Position numbers and translations under genes: made by a program. This document shows positions 26,383 to 36,245 of a stretch of 64,000 nucleotides of DNA, in pieces (the first letter of the stretch is position 1; each line of letters opens with the position of its first letter). Below the pieces are notes generated by a model that saw only the letters and a program-made list of their open reading frames with translations, did not search any database and was not told the origin of the DNA. The stretch comes from Bdellovibrionales bacterium. GTDB lineage: Bacteria; Bdellovibrionota; Bdellovibrionia; Bdellovibrionales; JAKFYE01. Location: positions 40,481 to 104,480 of the forward strand of contig CBDBKL010000005.1 in NCBI GenBank assembly GCA_965206675.1, in the 5' to 3' direction.

Positions 26383-29040
26383 ATGAATCAAGATAAACTG
26401 GAAAAATGTGTCTATTTTTTTGGGCCTAAAGAGGCTGAAGGGAATGGGCAGATGAGAAACAAGTTAGGTAATAAAGGGGCCTCTCTGGCAGAGATGTCGG
26501 TACTGGGCATACCTGTTCCTCCGGGTTTTACTATTATAACGGATGTTTGTTCTCTTTATTACAAAGAGGGTGGTCAGTTACCTGAGAGAGTGAAAGTCGA
26601 TGTTTTAAATGCCTTAAAAAAAATGGAAAAAGTATTAGGGAAAAAATTTGCAGATCCGTCCAATCCCTTATTGCTGAGTGTGCGCTCTGGGGCCAGAGCT
26701 AGTATGCCAGGGATGATGGATACGGTTTTAAACTTAGGACTCAATGAAGACATTATTGAGGGGTTGGCAAAGAGTACTAACAATGAAGTTTTTGCTTGGG
26801 ATACATATCGTCGATTTATCCAAATGTATTCAAATGTGGTGTTAGGAATGAATGCATCTCTTCTTGATGTGACATTAGAAGATTTTAAAGATGCAGAAAA
26901 TGTAGGAACTGATTTAACAGCAGATCAGTTAAAAACCATTGTGATGAAATTTAAAAAACAAATATTAGGTTCTATAGGAATAAAATTTCCAGAAGATCCT
27001 ATGGAACAACTTTGGGGAGCTATCTCTGCTGTTTTTAGAAGCTGGAACACTCCTCGGGCTAAAATGTATCGGCAGGTTCATAGCATTCCTAATGAATGGG
27101 GTACAGCTGTGAATGTCCAATCTATGGTTTTTGGAAATATGGGAAAGGATTGTGCAACAGGTGTGGCTTTTACACGCAACCCTTCTACGGGTGAGAGAAT
27201 GTTCTTTGGTGAGTTTCTTATAAATGCTCAGGGGGAAGATGTTGTCTCTGGAATACGAACACCACATTCTATTATGTCCAATGGTAGCGGCCTTTCGTTA
27301 GAGAGGAAATTCCCTAAAGCCTATGCTGAACTTGTAGATATTTATGAGAAATTGGAAGGCCATTATAGAGATATGCAGGACATTGAATTCACTATTGAGA
27401 AGGAGCGTCTGTGGATGCTTCAAACCCGAAGTGGTAAGCGGACAGCTCAAGCTGCGATAAAAATAGCCTGTGATATGTTAGACGAAAAGTTAATTACTGA
27501 AGAAGAAGCTGTTTTGCGAGTAGATCCTGCTTCCTTGGACCAATTGTTACATCCTTGTTTAGATCCAGATGTTGCAAAGAAAGTTCTAGCAAAAGGATTA
27601 CCAGCGAGTCCGGGAGCGGCTGTGGGGCAAGTTGTATTCAGTAATGAGCAAGCAGAAATTTATAAAGAGAAAAATAAAAAAGTTATTCTTGTTCGGTTAG
27701 AAACTTCTCCAGAAGATATCAGTGGAATGGTAGCGGCCTCTGGCATTCTTACCACCCGTGGGGGAATGACGTCTCATGCTGCCGTTGTCGCTCGAGGTAT
27801 GGGAAAGTGCTGTGTTGTGGGTTGTGATGGTATTCAAGTGGATTATGAGAAAAGGGAATTCACAGTTAAAGGACATGTTGTTAAGGAGGGCGATGTTATT
27901 ACCCTAGATGGTTCAACAGGTGAAGTTGTATATGGGGAAGTAAAGACCATAAAACCCAAATTGGATGGTTATTTTGATCGACTTATGAAGTTGTCCGATA
28001 GATTTAAAAAATTGGGTGTACGGGCCAATGCGGATAATGCTCAAGATGCGTTAGTGGCAAAGAGTTTTGGAGCTGAGGGGATTGGATTGTGCCGTACTGA
28101 ACACATGTTTTTTGATCCTGAACGTGTAGATGTTATGCGAAAAATGATTCTTGCAGAATCAAAGATTGAGAGGATTAAAGCACTTAATGAATTGCTTCCA
28201 ATGCAAAAAAAGGATTTCCTTGAAATCTTTAAAGTCATAGAACCTGTTACGATTCGTCTTTTTGATCCTCCACTTCATGAATTCATTCCACGAGAGGAAG
28301 GGGAGTTAAAAGAGTTATCGAATCGTTTAGGGATACCCCTAGAAAAAATGAAATCAACAGTGAGTCAGTTGTTTGAATTTAATCCTATGCTGGGTCACCG
28401 AGGGTGTCGCTTGGCAATCACATACCCTGAGATTTATACAATGCAGGCTCGAGCTATTGCCGAAGCCGCTTGTGAAATTGTAAAAAATGGAAAGAAAATA
28501 ATTCCAGAGATTATGGTTCCTCTTGTGGGTTATAAAAAAGAATTGGAGTTATTACGAGGACAAATTGTAGAAGATATTCGAAGTGTTCAGAGGGAAAGAG
28601 GGCAGGTTTTTGAATACCTTATTGGAACTATGATTGAGTTACCTAGAGCTGCTATAATGGCAGATGAAATAGCGGAAGTGTCAGATTTTTTTAGTTTTGG
28701 AACAAATGATTTAACACAGACAGTTTTGGGCATTTCTCGTGATGATGCCGGGAAGTTTTTGAGGACATATATGACTGAGGGTATTTATGAAAGAGACCCT
28801 TTTGTGGGTTTAGATCAATCTGGAGTGGGTCAACTTGTTCAGATGGGTTCTGAGCGTGGGAGGCAAAAAAAACAAGCTCTGAAGCTAGGGATTTGCGGAG
28901 AGCACGGTGGTGATCCGGTAAGTGTTGAGTTTTTCCATAAAATTGGTCTAAACTATGTAAGTTGTTCTCCTTATCGTGTTCCTATTGCGCGATTAGCAGC
29001 AGCTCAGGCTTCTCTTTGTGAAAAACGGGAAGCACGTTGA
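26383..29040 (+). CDS. ppdK: Pyruvate, phosphate dikinase
   Basis: The phosphohistidine motif is TRGGMTSHAAVVARGMGK. Also present are GIGLCRTEHMFF, the PEP-utilising C-terminus GICGEHGGDP, and an N-terminal ATP-grasp with LGNKGASLAEM. Confidence 0.95.
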   Translation: MNQDKLEKCVYFFGPKEAEGNGQMRNKLGNKGASLAEMSVLGIPVPPGFTIITDVCSLYYKEGGQLPERVKVDVLNALKKMEKVLGKKFADPSNPLLLSVRSGARASMPGMMDTVLNLGLNEDIIEGLAKSTNNEVFAWDTYRRFIQMYSNVVLGMNASLLDVTLEDFKDAENVGTDLTADQLKTIVMKFKKQILGSIGIKFPEDPMEQLWGAISAVFRSWNTPRAKMYRQVHSIPNEWGTAVNVQSMVFGNMGKDCATGVAFTRNPSTGERMFFGEFLINAQGEDVVSGIRTPHSIMSNGSGLSLERKFPKAYAELVDIYEKLEGHYRDMQDIEFTIEKERLWMLQTRSGKRTAQAAIKIACDMLDEKLITEEEAVLRVDPASLDQLLHPCLDPDVAKKVLAKGLPASPGAAVGQVVFSNEQAEIYKEKNKKVILVRLETSPEDISGMVAASGILTTRGGMTSHAAVVARGMGKCCVVGCDGIQVDYEKREFTVKGHVVKEGDVITLDGSTGEVVYGEVKTIKPKLDGYFDRLMKLSDRFKKLGVRANADNAQDALVAKSFGAEGIGLCRTEHMFFDPERVDVMRKMILAESKIERIKALNELLPMQKKDFLEIFKVIEPVTIRLFDPPLHEFIPREEGELKELSNRLGIPLEKMKSTVSQLFEFNPMLGHRGCRLAITYPEIYTMQARAIAEAACEIVKNGKKIIPEIMVPLVGYKKELELLRGQIVEDIRSVQRERGQVFEYLIGTMIELPRAAIMADEIAEVSDFFSFGTNDLTQTVLGISRDDAGKFLRTYMTEGIYERDPFVGLDQSGVGQLVQMGSERGRQKKQALKLGICGEHGGDPVSVEFFHKIGLNYVSCSPYRVPIARLAAAQASLCEKREAR

Positions 29041-29083
29041 GGTTTAAAAGACCAAGTGGTTTATCAGAAGTTGGAGTAGTAGA

Positions 29084-32000
29084 TTGAGAATCAAGAAAAT
29101 AGAGCTTATTGGTTTTAAATCATTCAAGGATCGAACTGTTATACAGTTTGATGCAGGGATAACGGGCATAGTGGGCCCTAACGGCTGTGGTAAATCTAAT
29201 ATTGTGGATGCTCTTCAGTGGGTTATGGGAGAGCAATCGGTAAAGCATCTGCGTGGATCTTCCATGGAGGATGTTATTTTTAGCGGAACGGAGGGCTATG
29301 CTCCATCCGGAATGGCTGAGGTTTCACTCGTTTTAGAAAACGATGGGGGACCTTTTCCTGCAAAATATATGCGTTTTTCTGAACTCATGGTAACTCGTCG
29401 ATTGCATAGGGATGGAGAGTCCGAATATCTGATAAATAAAGAACCATCTCGTTTAAGGGATATTCAAGAGATATTTATGGATACGGGGGCTGGCTCGAAG
29501 GGTTTTAGTATTATAGAGCAAGGAGCTATTGGGAAAATCATTACGGCTAAACCTGAAGAGCGTCGTGTTCTCATCGAAGAAGCGGCAGGGATTACAAAAT
29601 TTAAGGCACGTAAAAGAGAATCACAGAGGAAGTTAGTTTCAACGGATGAAAACTTATTGCGGTTAAATGATATTATTGGGGAATTAAAATCGCAGTTAGA
29701 GAGCTTAAAAAGACAGGCTAAGCGGGCTGAAAGGTACCGTGAACTCAAAAATCAAGTCGAAGATTTAGATCTGTGGTTAATGAGTCAAAAGTATTTGGAA
29801 TGGAAAAATGAGTTAGATCAAGCAGCGCAGGTCATGTCGGGAATTGAAGAGAATGAGACATCAGGGAGTGCAGAGTTAAAAAAGTTAGAGGCTTTGGTTG
29901 AAGCGAGTCACTTACAGAAAACAGAAAAGGAAGCTCTCATAGCGGAGAAACAAAGAGTCTATGAATCTGTTCGCACAGAGGTGATGAAAAAAGAAACTGA
30001 AGTTCAGAATTTAAAGTTTGAAATCAAACAGGCTAAAAATCAGGAAGAGATGCATGGAAGCAGTGTTCAGAAGATGAAGATCAAGAAGGAACTTCTTGAA
30101 AACGATCAAGATTTAATTTCTCAAAAATTAAAAGAAGCTCAAAATATTCTGGAAGAAATGAAACGGGAGTGTGATGGGGTAGAGCGAGAGTCTCAAGACG
30201 TTCAGACAAAGTTAACTTCAGATAAAGAGAGTTTAGCCCAGTTACATCGGGAGGTTGCCACTTTTGATCAAAATAAGACAGAGCACCTGCAAGAGGCAGC
30301 GTCTTATGCGACACGTATCGAAGAGTGTGAAATAGATATATCTCAGATGTGTAATTCTCAAGATTCGGTAAAGTCTCAAAAAGAAAAATGTACTGTTAAT
30401 AGAAATAAAATTTGCAAAGATTTAGAGAGAGAAAAACAATTACATTTAAGTTTAATGGAAGATGTCAGTGTTTTTGAAAGTAATATTGAAACACTTAAGG
30501 GGCAGCTACAAGAGAAAAAGACAAATCTGGAAAAGGCTAAAGATGAACTCAACCGGGTGTCTTCGCATCTTTATGGTCTGAAAAATTTGCGTGACAATTT
30601 TGAGGGGTTTGAAGAGGGAGTAAAGAATATCATGCTTTGGCAGCGTGAAAAGTCCACCTCTGCTCTTATACCTATGGCAGAGATTATTGACGTACCTAAA
30701 GAATTTGAAATTGCCACTGAGGCTGTCTTAGGAGTGAAACTACAACAGCTTTTATTGACCAATTCTAAAAGTCAGATTGTAGAGGCCATTGAGTATTTAA
30801 AAAAGAATAAAGCGGGGCGATCGGGATTTGTCTTTGAGTCTTTTGACGGCTCTTCCATTTCGTGCCCTAAGGGCGTGGATGTTGTACTTTCAGATGTCTT
30901 GACGGTTTCAGATAAGTATAAATCTCTTGTTTTACAGTTAGTCCGTCACGTTGGAGTTGTGGATTCTATAGAGACGGCTTTGCGCTTAAGGCCGCAGTAC
31001 AAAGAGTGGACTTTTGTAACACGTGAGGGAGAGACTTTGAGTTCAGAGGGTGTCTTAACGGGTGGTGCTGTCGATAGTGTAGAGCAGGGTGTTTTTAAGC
31101 GTCGTCGAGAAATAAAGGAGCTGTCTGAAGAGCAAAAGGAATGGAAGACCAAATTATCTGTTTTAGAGGGGGAATATAAAAAACTAGAGGATAAAGAAAA
31201 GGGTGTTCAAAAGGATCTGGAGTCTTCACAGAAAAAGCAATCAGAAAAAGAAATTGCGGTTATTGCACTGAAGAAAGATTTGGAGCGTGCAGATGTTGAG
31301 TTGAACAGTGCGCAGGATGTTTTTAATAAAATATCAGAGGACTTAAAGTTAGCTCAAGAAAAGAAAGAGGAGTTTAAAGAAAAGGCTTTAAAAAATCAAA
31401 ATGACATTGAGGAATTAAAAACAAGAAAAGAAGAATGTGAAAAACGTATCAATGAACTTACGGAACACTTAGAGGGTCAGGGTTTAAATCTTGAAGGGTG
31501 TAGGGAACGTCAAACAACTTTGAAGGTCAAGTTGGCGACAAAGGAAGAGGAAATCAAGGGGATGAGTAATCAGGAAGAGATGATTCGTCTTTCTTTAAAT
31601 GAAATTATAGAGGAGTTGGAAAAAGTATCAGAGGAGAGAATAAAAACGGATAAATCTCTATCGGAGAATCAGGTGTCATTAGAGAGTGGGCAGTTGGAAT
31701 TAGAAAACCTTATGAAAAGAGCTGAAGATATAGAAAAAGTGTATATGGATATGAAAAACGAATTTGAAATCATGTTTCAAGATATTCGTGATAAAGAAGA
31801 ACGATTGTCTAAAGTGCGAAAGGTTCAAAACGATCTTGTCAGTGAAAAGAGTGAAGCACAGTTGAAAGTGGAAAAACTGAAAATGGAAGAGACGTACCTT
31901 GTAGATCAAGCCCGTGAGCGGTATATGAAAGATCTTCCCCATATTGCAGAAACATATGCTGATCGAGAAGGGGATGTTGAAAAATTAACAAAAGAATTAG

Positions 32001-32638
32001 AGGCTCTTAAATCAAAATTACAAAGTATTGGTTCGGTGAATTTAACGGCGATTGAAGAATACGATGAATTGGTAGAGCGTCATGATTTCTTATCGAAGCA
32101 GCGTGATGATTTGATTACAGCGAAGGATCAGTTGAGAAAAGTTATTGATCGCATTAATAGAATTTGTTCACGGCGATTTAAAGACACATTTACTCAAGTG
32201 AATGAACGATTTCAAAAAGTTTTCCCCGTACTGTTTGGAGGGGGAGATGCTCGTTTAATTCTTATAGAGACTGAGGGGAAAGAGGATGGGATTGATATTA
32301 TTGCTAAACCTCCAGGAAAGAAATTACAATCGGTGACTTTACTTTCGGGTGGAGAGAAGGCTTTGTCCTCTGTGGCATTAATATTTGCTATTTTTCTGGT
32401 TAAGCCTTCACCATTTTGTTTATTGGATGAGGTTGACGCTCCATTAGATGATGTGAATGTCATGAGATTTAATAATCTTGTTAAAGAGATGGCTAAGCGT
32501 TCACAAGTTATTGTTGTCACACATAATAAGTACACCATGGAGATTAACGAAAAACTTTATGGAGTGACCATGCAGGAGCGTGGTATTTCAAAAATGGTCT
32601 CTGTGTCTTTGGATAGTGCTCAAGAGATGACTTTATAA
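29084..32638 (+). CDS. smc: Chromosome segregation protein SMC
   Basis: Walker A is GPNGCGKSN. There are long coiled coils and a hinge region. The signature motif is LSGGEKAL and Walker B is CLLDEVDAPLD. The start is TTG. Confidence 0.95.
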   Translation: MRIKKIELIGFKSFKDRTVIQFDAGITGIVGPNGCGKSNIVDALQWVMGEQSVKHLRGSSMEDVIFSGTEGYAPSGMAEVSLVLENDGGPFPAKYMRFSELMVTRRLHRDGESEYLINKEPSRLRDIQEIFMDTGAGSKGFSIIEQGAIGKIITAKPEERRVLIEEAAGITKFKARKRESQRKLVSTDENLLRLNDIIGELKSQLESLKRQAKRAERYRELKNQVEDLDLWLMSQKYLEWKNELDQAAQVMSGIEENETSGSAELKKLEALVEASHLQKTEKEALIAEKQRVYESVRTEVMKKETEVQNLKFEIKQAKNQEEMHGSSVQKMKIKKELLENDQDLISQKLKEAQNILEEMKRECDGVERESQDVQTKLTSDKESLAQLHREVATFDQNKTEHLQEAASYATRIEECEIDISQMCNSQDSVKSQKEKCTVNRNKICKDLEREKQLHLSLMEDVSVFESNIETLKGQLQEKKTNLEKAKDELNRVSSHLYGLKNLRDNFEGFEEGVKNIMLWQREKSTSALIPMAEIIDVPKEFEIATEAVLGVKLQQLLLTNSKSQIVEAIEYLKKNKAGRSGFVFESFDGSSISCPKGVDVVLSDVLTVSDKYKSLVLQLVRHVGVVDSIETALRLRPQYKEWTFVTREGETLSSEGVLTGGAVDSVEQGVFKRRREIKELSEEQKEWKTKLSVLEGEYKKLEDKEKGVQKDLESSQKKQSEKEIAVIALKKDLERADVELNSAQDVFNKISEDLKLAQEKKEEFKEKALKNQNDIEELKTRKEECEKRINELTEHLEGQGLNLEGCRERQTTLKVKLATKEEEIKGMSNQEEMIRLSLNEIIEELEKVSEERIKTDKSLSENQVSLESGQLELENLMKRAEDIEKVYMDMKNEFEIMFQDIRDKEERLSKVRKVQNDLVSEKSEAQLKVEKLKMEETYLVDQARERYMKDLPHIAETYADREGDVEKLTKELEALKSKLQSIGSVNLTAIEEYDELVERHDFLSKQRDDLITAKDQLRKVIDRINRICSRRFKDTFTQVNERFQKVFPVLFGGGDARLILIETEGKEDGIDIIAKPPGKKLQSVTLLSGGEKALSSVALIFAIFLVKPSPFCLLDEVDAPLDDVNVMRFNNLVKEMAKRSQVIVVTHNKYTMEINEKLYGVTMQERGISKMVSVSLDSAQEMTL

Positions 32639-32642
32639 ACCC

Positions 32643-32761
32643 GGATTGTTGAAAAGGTATCATCTACTTCGTTGCAATCACTCAAACCTCACTTCAACGT
32701 AGGAAAAACTACGCCTCCGTTCGGTTTGTACGCCTCGTATCTGATACCTTTTCAACAGTCC
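32643..32761. repeat. Palindromic intergenic repeat, family R2, copy b (119 nt)
   Basis: It starts 4 nt after the smc stop. The terminal stem ggattgttgaaaaggtatc / gataccttttcaacagtcc pairs at 18 of 19 positions. The core is about 85 percent identical to copy a. Confidence 0.85.
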
Positions 32762-32805
32762 TCATAGTTTATTACACGATTTTCTTTTTTAAGTTTGATA
32801 GGGAA

Positions 32806-32925
32806 TTTTTCTTAGAAGTTTACAAAAGCTCAAACAGTTCTGAGGGTTCGCAGCTCGTCTCTCCCTTCGGGAGATACGCCCTGCGCCTCAGAAAACTCGT
32901 TTTGAACCCCCTCAGAAAAGCTCCT
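32806..32925. repeat. Palindromic intergenic repeat, family R1, copy b
   Basis: The core aaaagctcaaacagttctgagggttcgcagctcgtctctcccttcgggagatacgccctgcgcctcagaaaactcgttttgaa is nearly identical to 500-580. The outer arms are more degenerate. Confidence 0.8.
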
Positions 32926-33034
32926 CCAGAAATACCAAAAAATCTTATTTGCATATGAAAAGTGCTTAGGTTAGGTTTGCGTCTCTATTAAAAGAGAAGT
33001 GGTTCGTCATAATGCCTACTGTATAGGGGGGTTT

Positions 33035-34249
33035 ATGGAAAGAGTGATTTCGCTAGTTGGCCTCTTTGCTATGATTGCTATTGCCTACGCCCTCAGTAGT
33101 TCAAGAAAAAATATTGTATGGAAAACGGTGGGAATTGGCATTCTCATGCAGTTAACCTTTGGTTTAATTATTTTAAGAACAGATTTTGGCCTTTTGATCT
33201 TTGAGGGGGCAAATAACCTCTTCACTGCGATTTTAAAGTTTACAGATGAAGGCTCTCAATTTCTCTTTGGTTCTCTCTCTGATCAAAAAAAAGTAGGATT
33301 TGTTTTTGCAACAATGGTTTTACCTACCATTGTCTTTTTCTCTTCACTTATGAATGTTCTTTATCATCTTGGTATTATGCAAGCTATTATAAATGGAATT
33401 GCTAAATTTATAATGAAGTTTATGGGAACTTCTGGTTCTGAATCTTTCGCTGCTGCAGCTAATATTTTTGTGGGACAAACGGAAGCACCCCTTGTTATCA
33501 AGCCCTATCTCAGTAAGATGACTTATTCTGAGTTGATGGCCCTGATGACAGGGGGAATGGCTACAGTAGCAGGAGGTGTTTTAGCCGTTTATGCGGGGCT
33601 GGGAATCAATGCAGGACACTTAATTGCAGCTTCTGTTATGAGTGCTCCCGCAGCTTTGATATGTGCAAAACTCATGGTTCCAGAGACTCAAAAATCAGAA
33701 ACAGCAGGAGTGGTGACTGCAAAATTTGAAACAAAAACGACTAATGTTATTGATGCAGTCACATCAGGAGCGAGTGACGGTTTAAAGTTAGCACTCAATG
33801 TGGGAGCTATGCTCTTAGCCTTTATTGCTTTAATCGCTATGTTTAACGGATTACTTTCTTTTTTGGGTGGGTTTTTGGGTTATCCTGAATTGAGCTTTGA
33901 ACTTCTTATGGGTTATGCATTTGTTCCTATCTCATTTTTGCTTGGTGTTCCTTGGGAAGAATGTGTACAAGTGGGTTCTTTATTGGGTAAAAAACTAGTT
34001 ATTAATGAGTTTGTGGCCTATTTGGATTTGCAAAATCAATTAGAAACTCTATCCCCTAGAAGTGTGATCATCTCAACTTATGCGCTTTGTGGATTTGCAA
34101 ACTTTTCTTCAATTGCTATTCAAATTGGAGGAATCGGAACTATTGCCCCAGATCGCCGCAAAGATCTTGTTAAACTGGGGGTCAAATCACTTATTGCTGG
34201 AACCCTAGCGTGTTTTATGACAGCAGCGATTGCAGGATTTCTTATTTAG
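33035..34249 (+). CDS. nupC: NupC/CNT-family concentrative nucleoside transporter
   Basis: GGGGGG precedes the ATG at 33035. The protein is polytopic, with the characteristic blocks NIFVGQTEAPLVIKPYL, MTGGMATVAGGVL and CGFANFSSIAIQIGGIG. Confidence 0.85.
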   Translation: MERVISLVGLFAMIAIAYALSSSRKNIVWKTVGIGILMQLTFGLIILRTDFGLLIFEGANNLFTAILKFTDEGSQFLFGSLSDQKKVGFVFATMVLPTIVFFSSLMNVLYHLGIMQAIINGIAKFIMKFMGTSGSESFAAAANIFVGQTEAPLVIKPYLSKMTYSELMALMTGGMATVAGGVLAVYAGLGINAGHLIAASVMSAPAALICAKLMVPETQKSETAGVVTAKFETKTTNVIDAVTSGASDGLKLALNVGAMLLAFIALIAMFNGLLSFLGGFLGYPELSFELLMGYAFVPISFLLGVPWEECVQVGSLLGKKLVINEFVAYLDLQNQLETLSPRSVIISTYALCGFANFSSIAIQIGGIGTIAPDRRKDLVKLGVKSLIAGTLACFMTAAIAGFLI

Positions 34250-34255
34250 AGCCCA

Positions 34256-34807
34256 TCAGCTCGCTTTGATATCTTGAATTTGGGGAAATTCGTTTTGAAG
34301 GCGTTTCATAACTCCTTCTTTTAGTGTTGCTGTTGAAGATGGACATCCCGAACAGGCCCCTCGAAGTTTGACATATACAATTTGTTTTTCAAATTTTTGA
34401 AATAAAATATCCCCTCCATCTTGTGCAACAGCAGGGCGGATCTCTTCTTCAATGATTGTAAAGATTTTTTTCGCTTCTGGACTATCAAGTAAAGGCTTTG
34501 TGTCTTTAGAAGGCGGAGCTTCTATAGCCGGTCGTTCGCCTTTTGCAAAATCCGTTAGGAGTTCTAAAAGAGGTTCCTTTAGGATATCCCAATCTACCCA
34601 GTCGTGTTTAGTGATGGAAACAGAATGAGGTGTGATATAGATTTTTGAAATCCAAGGAAAGGCAAATAATTGCATTGCTAAAGGGGCGTTTTCTGTTTCC
34701 ATAGCACTGGCATATTCTCCCTCAAAATCGCAGATAGGGTCACGAAAGGTAAATTTTAAAGTGTGTGGATTAGGTGTTTCTTCACAACTGACTTGATTTG
34801 TATCCAT
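34256..34807 (-). CDS. NifU/Nfu-type Fe-S cluster assembly protein (Nfu_N plus NifU C-terminal domain)
   Basis: The N-terminus reads TPNPHTLKF and the C-terminal thioredoxin-like domain reads DGGDILF...VKLRGACSGCPSSTATLK. Confidence 0.8.
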   Translation of the reverse strand: MDTNQVSCEETPNPHTLKFTFRDPICDFEGEYASAMETENAPLAMQLFAFPWISKIYITPHSVSITKHDWVDWDILKEPLLELLTDFAKGERPAIEAPPSKDTKPLLDSPEAKKIFTIIEEEIRPAVAQDGGDILFQKFEKQIVYVKLRGACSGCPSSTATLKEGVMKRLQNEFPQIQDIKAS

Positions 34808-34862
34808 AGAAAATTTATATATTATGAGATTCTATAAAAGTCCATGATTGGAGAGGAGATTT

Positions 34863-35243
34863 ATGAAGCGAATATTTACATCTAATGCCCCCAAGCCCAT
34901 AGGTCCTTATTCACAAGCTATTAGGTTCGGTCCTTTTCTTCAATGTTCAGGACAAGTTCCTATTGATCCTAAAACAAATGAAGTAAAGAAGGGAAGCATT
35001 GCAGAACAAACGCATTTGGTGATGAAAAACGTTGGTGCTGTTCTTGAGGCTGCTGGTTTGAAATACAAGGATATTGTAAAAACAACTGTCTTTCTTTCAA
35101 GTATGGATGTGTTTGAAGAGATGAATGAAGTTTATAGTTCTTATCTTGCTGAACATATTCCAGCTCGTTCTTGTGTTGGTGTGCAAGAGCTACCCAAGGG
35201 AGTTGATGTTGAAATTGAGGTTATAGCTTACTGTGGAGATTGA
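34863..35243 (+). CDS. ridA: RidA/YjgF-family reactive intermediate deaminase
   Basis: GGAGAGGAG precedes the ATG. The sequence APKPIGPYSQAI...GQVPIDPKTNE...TTVFLSSMDVFEEMNEVY...PARSCVGVQELPKGVDVEIEVIA is diagnostic. Confidence 0.9.
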   Translation: MKRIFTSNAPKPIGPYSQAIRFGPFLQCSGQVPIDPKTNEVKKGSIAEQTHLVMKNVGAVLEAAGLKYKDIVKTTVFLSSMDVFEEMNEVYSSYLAEHIPARSCVGVQELPKGVDVEIEVIAYCGD

Positions 35244-35799
35244 AAGAAAAATAAAAGTACTTATCTCTATAGGAATTGCAACTTTCTTATTTGTCCTCTT
35301 TTTTTATTTAGAAGTACAAAATGTTTTAAGTAATGATATTACAGAATGGACAGAGGATGTCGAGGGCGACTGTGCTGTTGTTTTAACCGGGAGTCCGGGA
35401 AGAGTCAGGGCAGGAGTTGATCTTTTAACAAGGGGTCATGCAAGGAGATTAATTTTATCTGGGGTTCATCCCACTTCCACTTTACGAGAGATTATTCCTG
35501 AGCTACCTTTTTATGGAGATTTACCTTCTGAAAAAATTTACTTGGAACGCCATTCCTCAACAACTTATGGGAACGTCAAACAATCTCTAGCTTTAGTACA
35601 GCGTCTAAAATGTAAGGATGTGATTATTGTGACATCGTATTTGCATATGTATCGAGCGGTGAAGATTTTTAAAAAAGTTTCCCCAAAAGGTTTTCCACTA
35701 AAGAGTTTATCGATAAAACACGGTCATGGGCCTGTAAAAGTTAGTTCTATTCTTTTAGAGTCCTATAAGTCTTTATTCTATGCCCTCTGGGCTTATTGA
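35233..35799 (+). CDS. DUF218/YdcF(ElyC)-family protein
   Basis: An N-terminal TM is followed by VVLTGSPGRVRAGVDLL..ARRLILSGV, SSTTYGNVKQS and IIVTSYLHMYRA. The GTG start overlaps the ridA stop. Confidence 0.7.
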   Translation: MEIERKIKVLISIGIATFLFVLFFYLEVQNVLSNDITEWTEDVEGDCAVVLTGSPGRVRAGVDLLTRGHARRLILSGVHPTSTLREIIPELPFYGDLPSEKIYLERHSSTTYGNVKQSLALVQRLKCKDVIIVTSYLHMYRAVKIFKKVSPKGFPLKSLSIKHGHGPVKVSSILLESYKSLFYALWAY

Positions 35800-35800
35800 T
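35765..35800. repeat. 36-nt direct repeat, copy 1 (the 3' end of the DUF218 gene)
   Basis: ataagtctttattctatgccctctgggcttattgat is repeated at 36210-36245 with one mismatch. Confidence 0.9.
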
Positions 35801-35867
35801 AGATTGCGTGTTATTTATTACATTGATAAAAAAGAAGTAATTATTTTTATTTTGGAGGTTAGTGCTC

Positions 35868-36155
35868 ATGACTATAGGAAAAAAACTTAAAAATCGACTT
35901 AATGAGGATTTTTTTGATGTTAAGTCTACAGCAAGTTTAACTCCGGGAAAAATGATAAAGATATTAAGAGAAAAGAATGATTTGTCTCAAAATCAGTTGG
36001 CAAAGGCTACAGGTTTAACACAGCCGACTATTTCTGGGTTAGAAAACGGAAGGATAACTCTTGGGGTTGAGCGATCAAAAGTTTTAGCCAGAATTCTTAA
36101 AGTTCACCCTGCGGTATTGGTTTTTCCTGACTGGAAACAAAGTAAAGTCGCATAA
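35868..36155 (+). CDS. XRE-family helix-turn-helix transcriptional regulator
   Basis: GGAGG lies at 35854-35858. The HTH reads LSQNQLAKATGLTQPTISGLENGR. ATG 35868 is preferred over GTG 35862 on spacing. Confidence 0.8.
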   Translation: MTIGKKLKNRLNEDFFDVKSTASLTPGKMIKILREKNDLSQNQLAKATGLTQPTISGLENGRITLGVERSKVLARILKVHPAVLVFPDWKQSKVA

Positions 36156-36209
36156 ATTACGCTACAGTTGAAATCCTCAACTATCATATTAGTAAAAAAT
36201 GACCTTTCA

Positions 36210-36245
36210 ATAAGTTTTTATTCTATGCCCTCTGGGCTTATTGAT
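36210..36245. repeat. 36-nt direct repeat, copy 2
   Basis: ataagtttttattctatgccctctgggcttattgat is 35/36 identical to 35765-35800. It overlaps the last codons of the minus-strand gene 36218-36643. Confidence 0.9.

Noticed and set aside
23571-32925. The idea that the palindromic R1/R2 elements are integron attC sites, since they are imperfect palindromes of 116-125 nt right after stop codons
   Set aside because: The arm ends do not match the attC R''/R' core consensus (RYYYAAC / GTTRRRY). No intI integrase or attI lies nearby. The flanking genes (mltD, smc, nupC) are core genes rather than cassettes.
35868-36155. Reading the XRE protein as a HigA-type antitoxin of a toxin-antitoxin pair
   Set aside because: There is no small toxin ORF on either side. 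The DUF218 gene ends 68 nt upstream, and the downstream gene is a convergent lipoprotein gene. An orphan regulator is the conservative reading.
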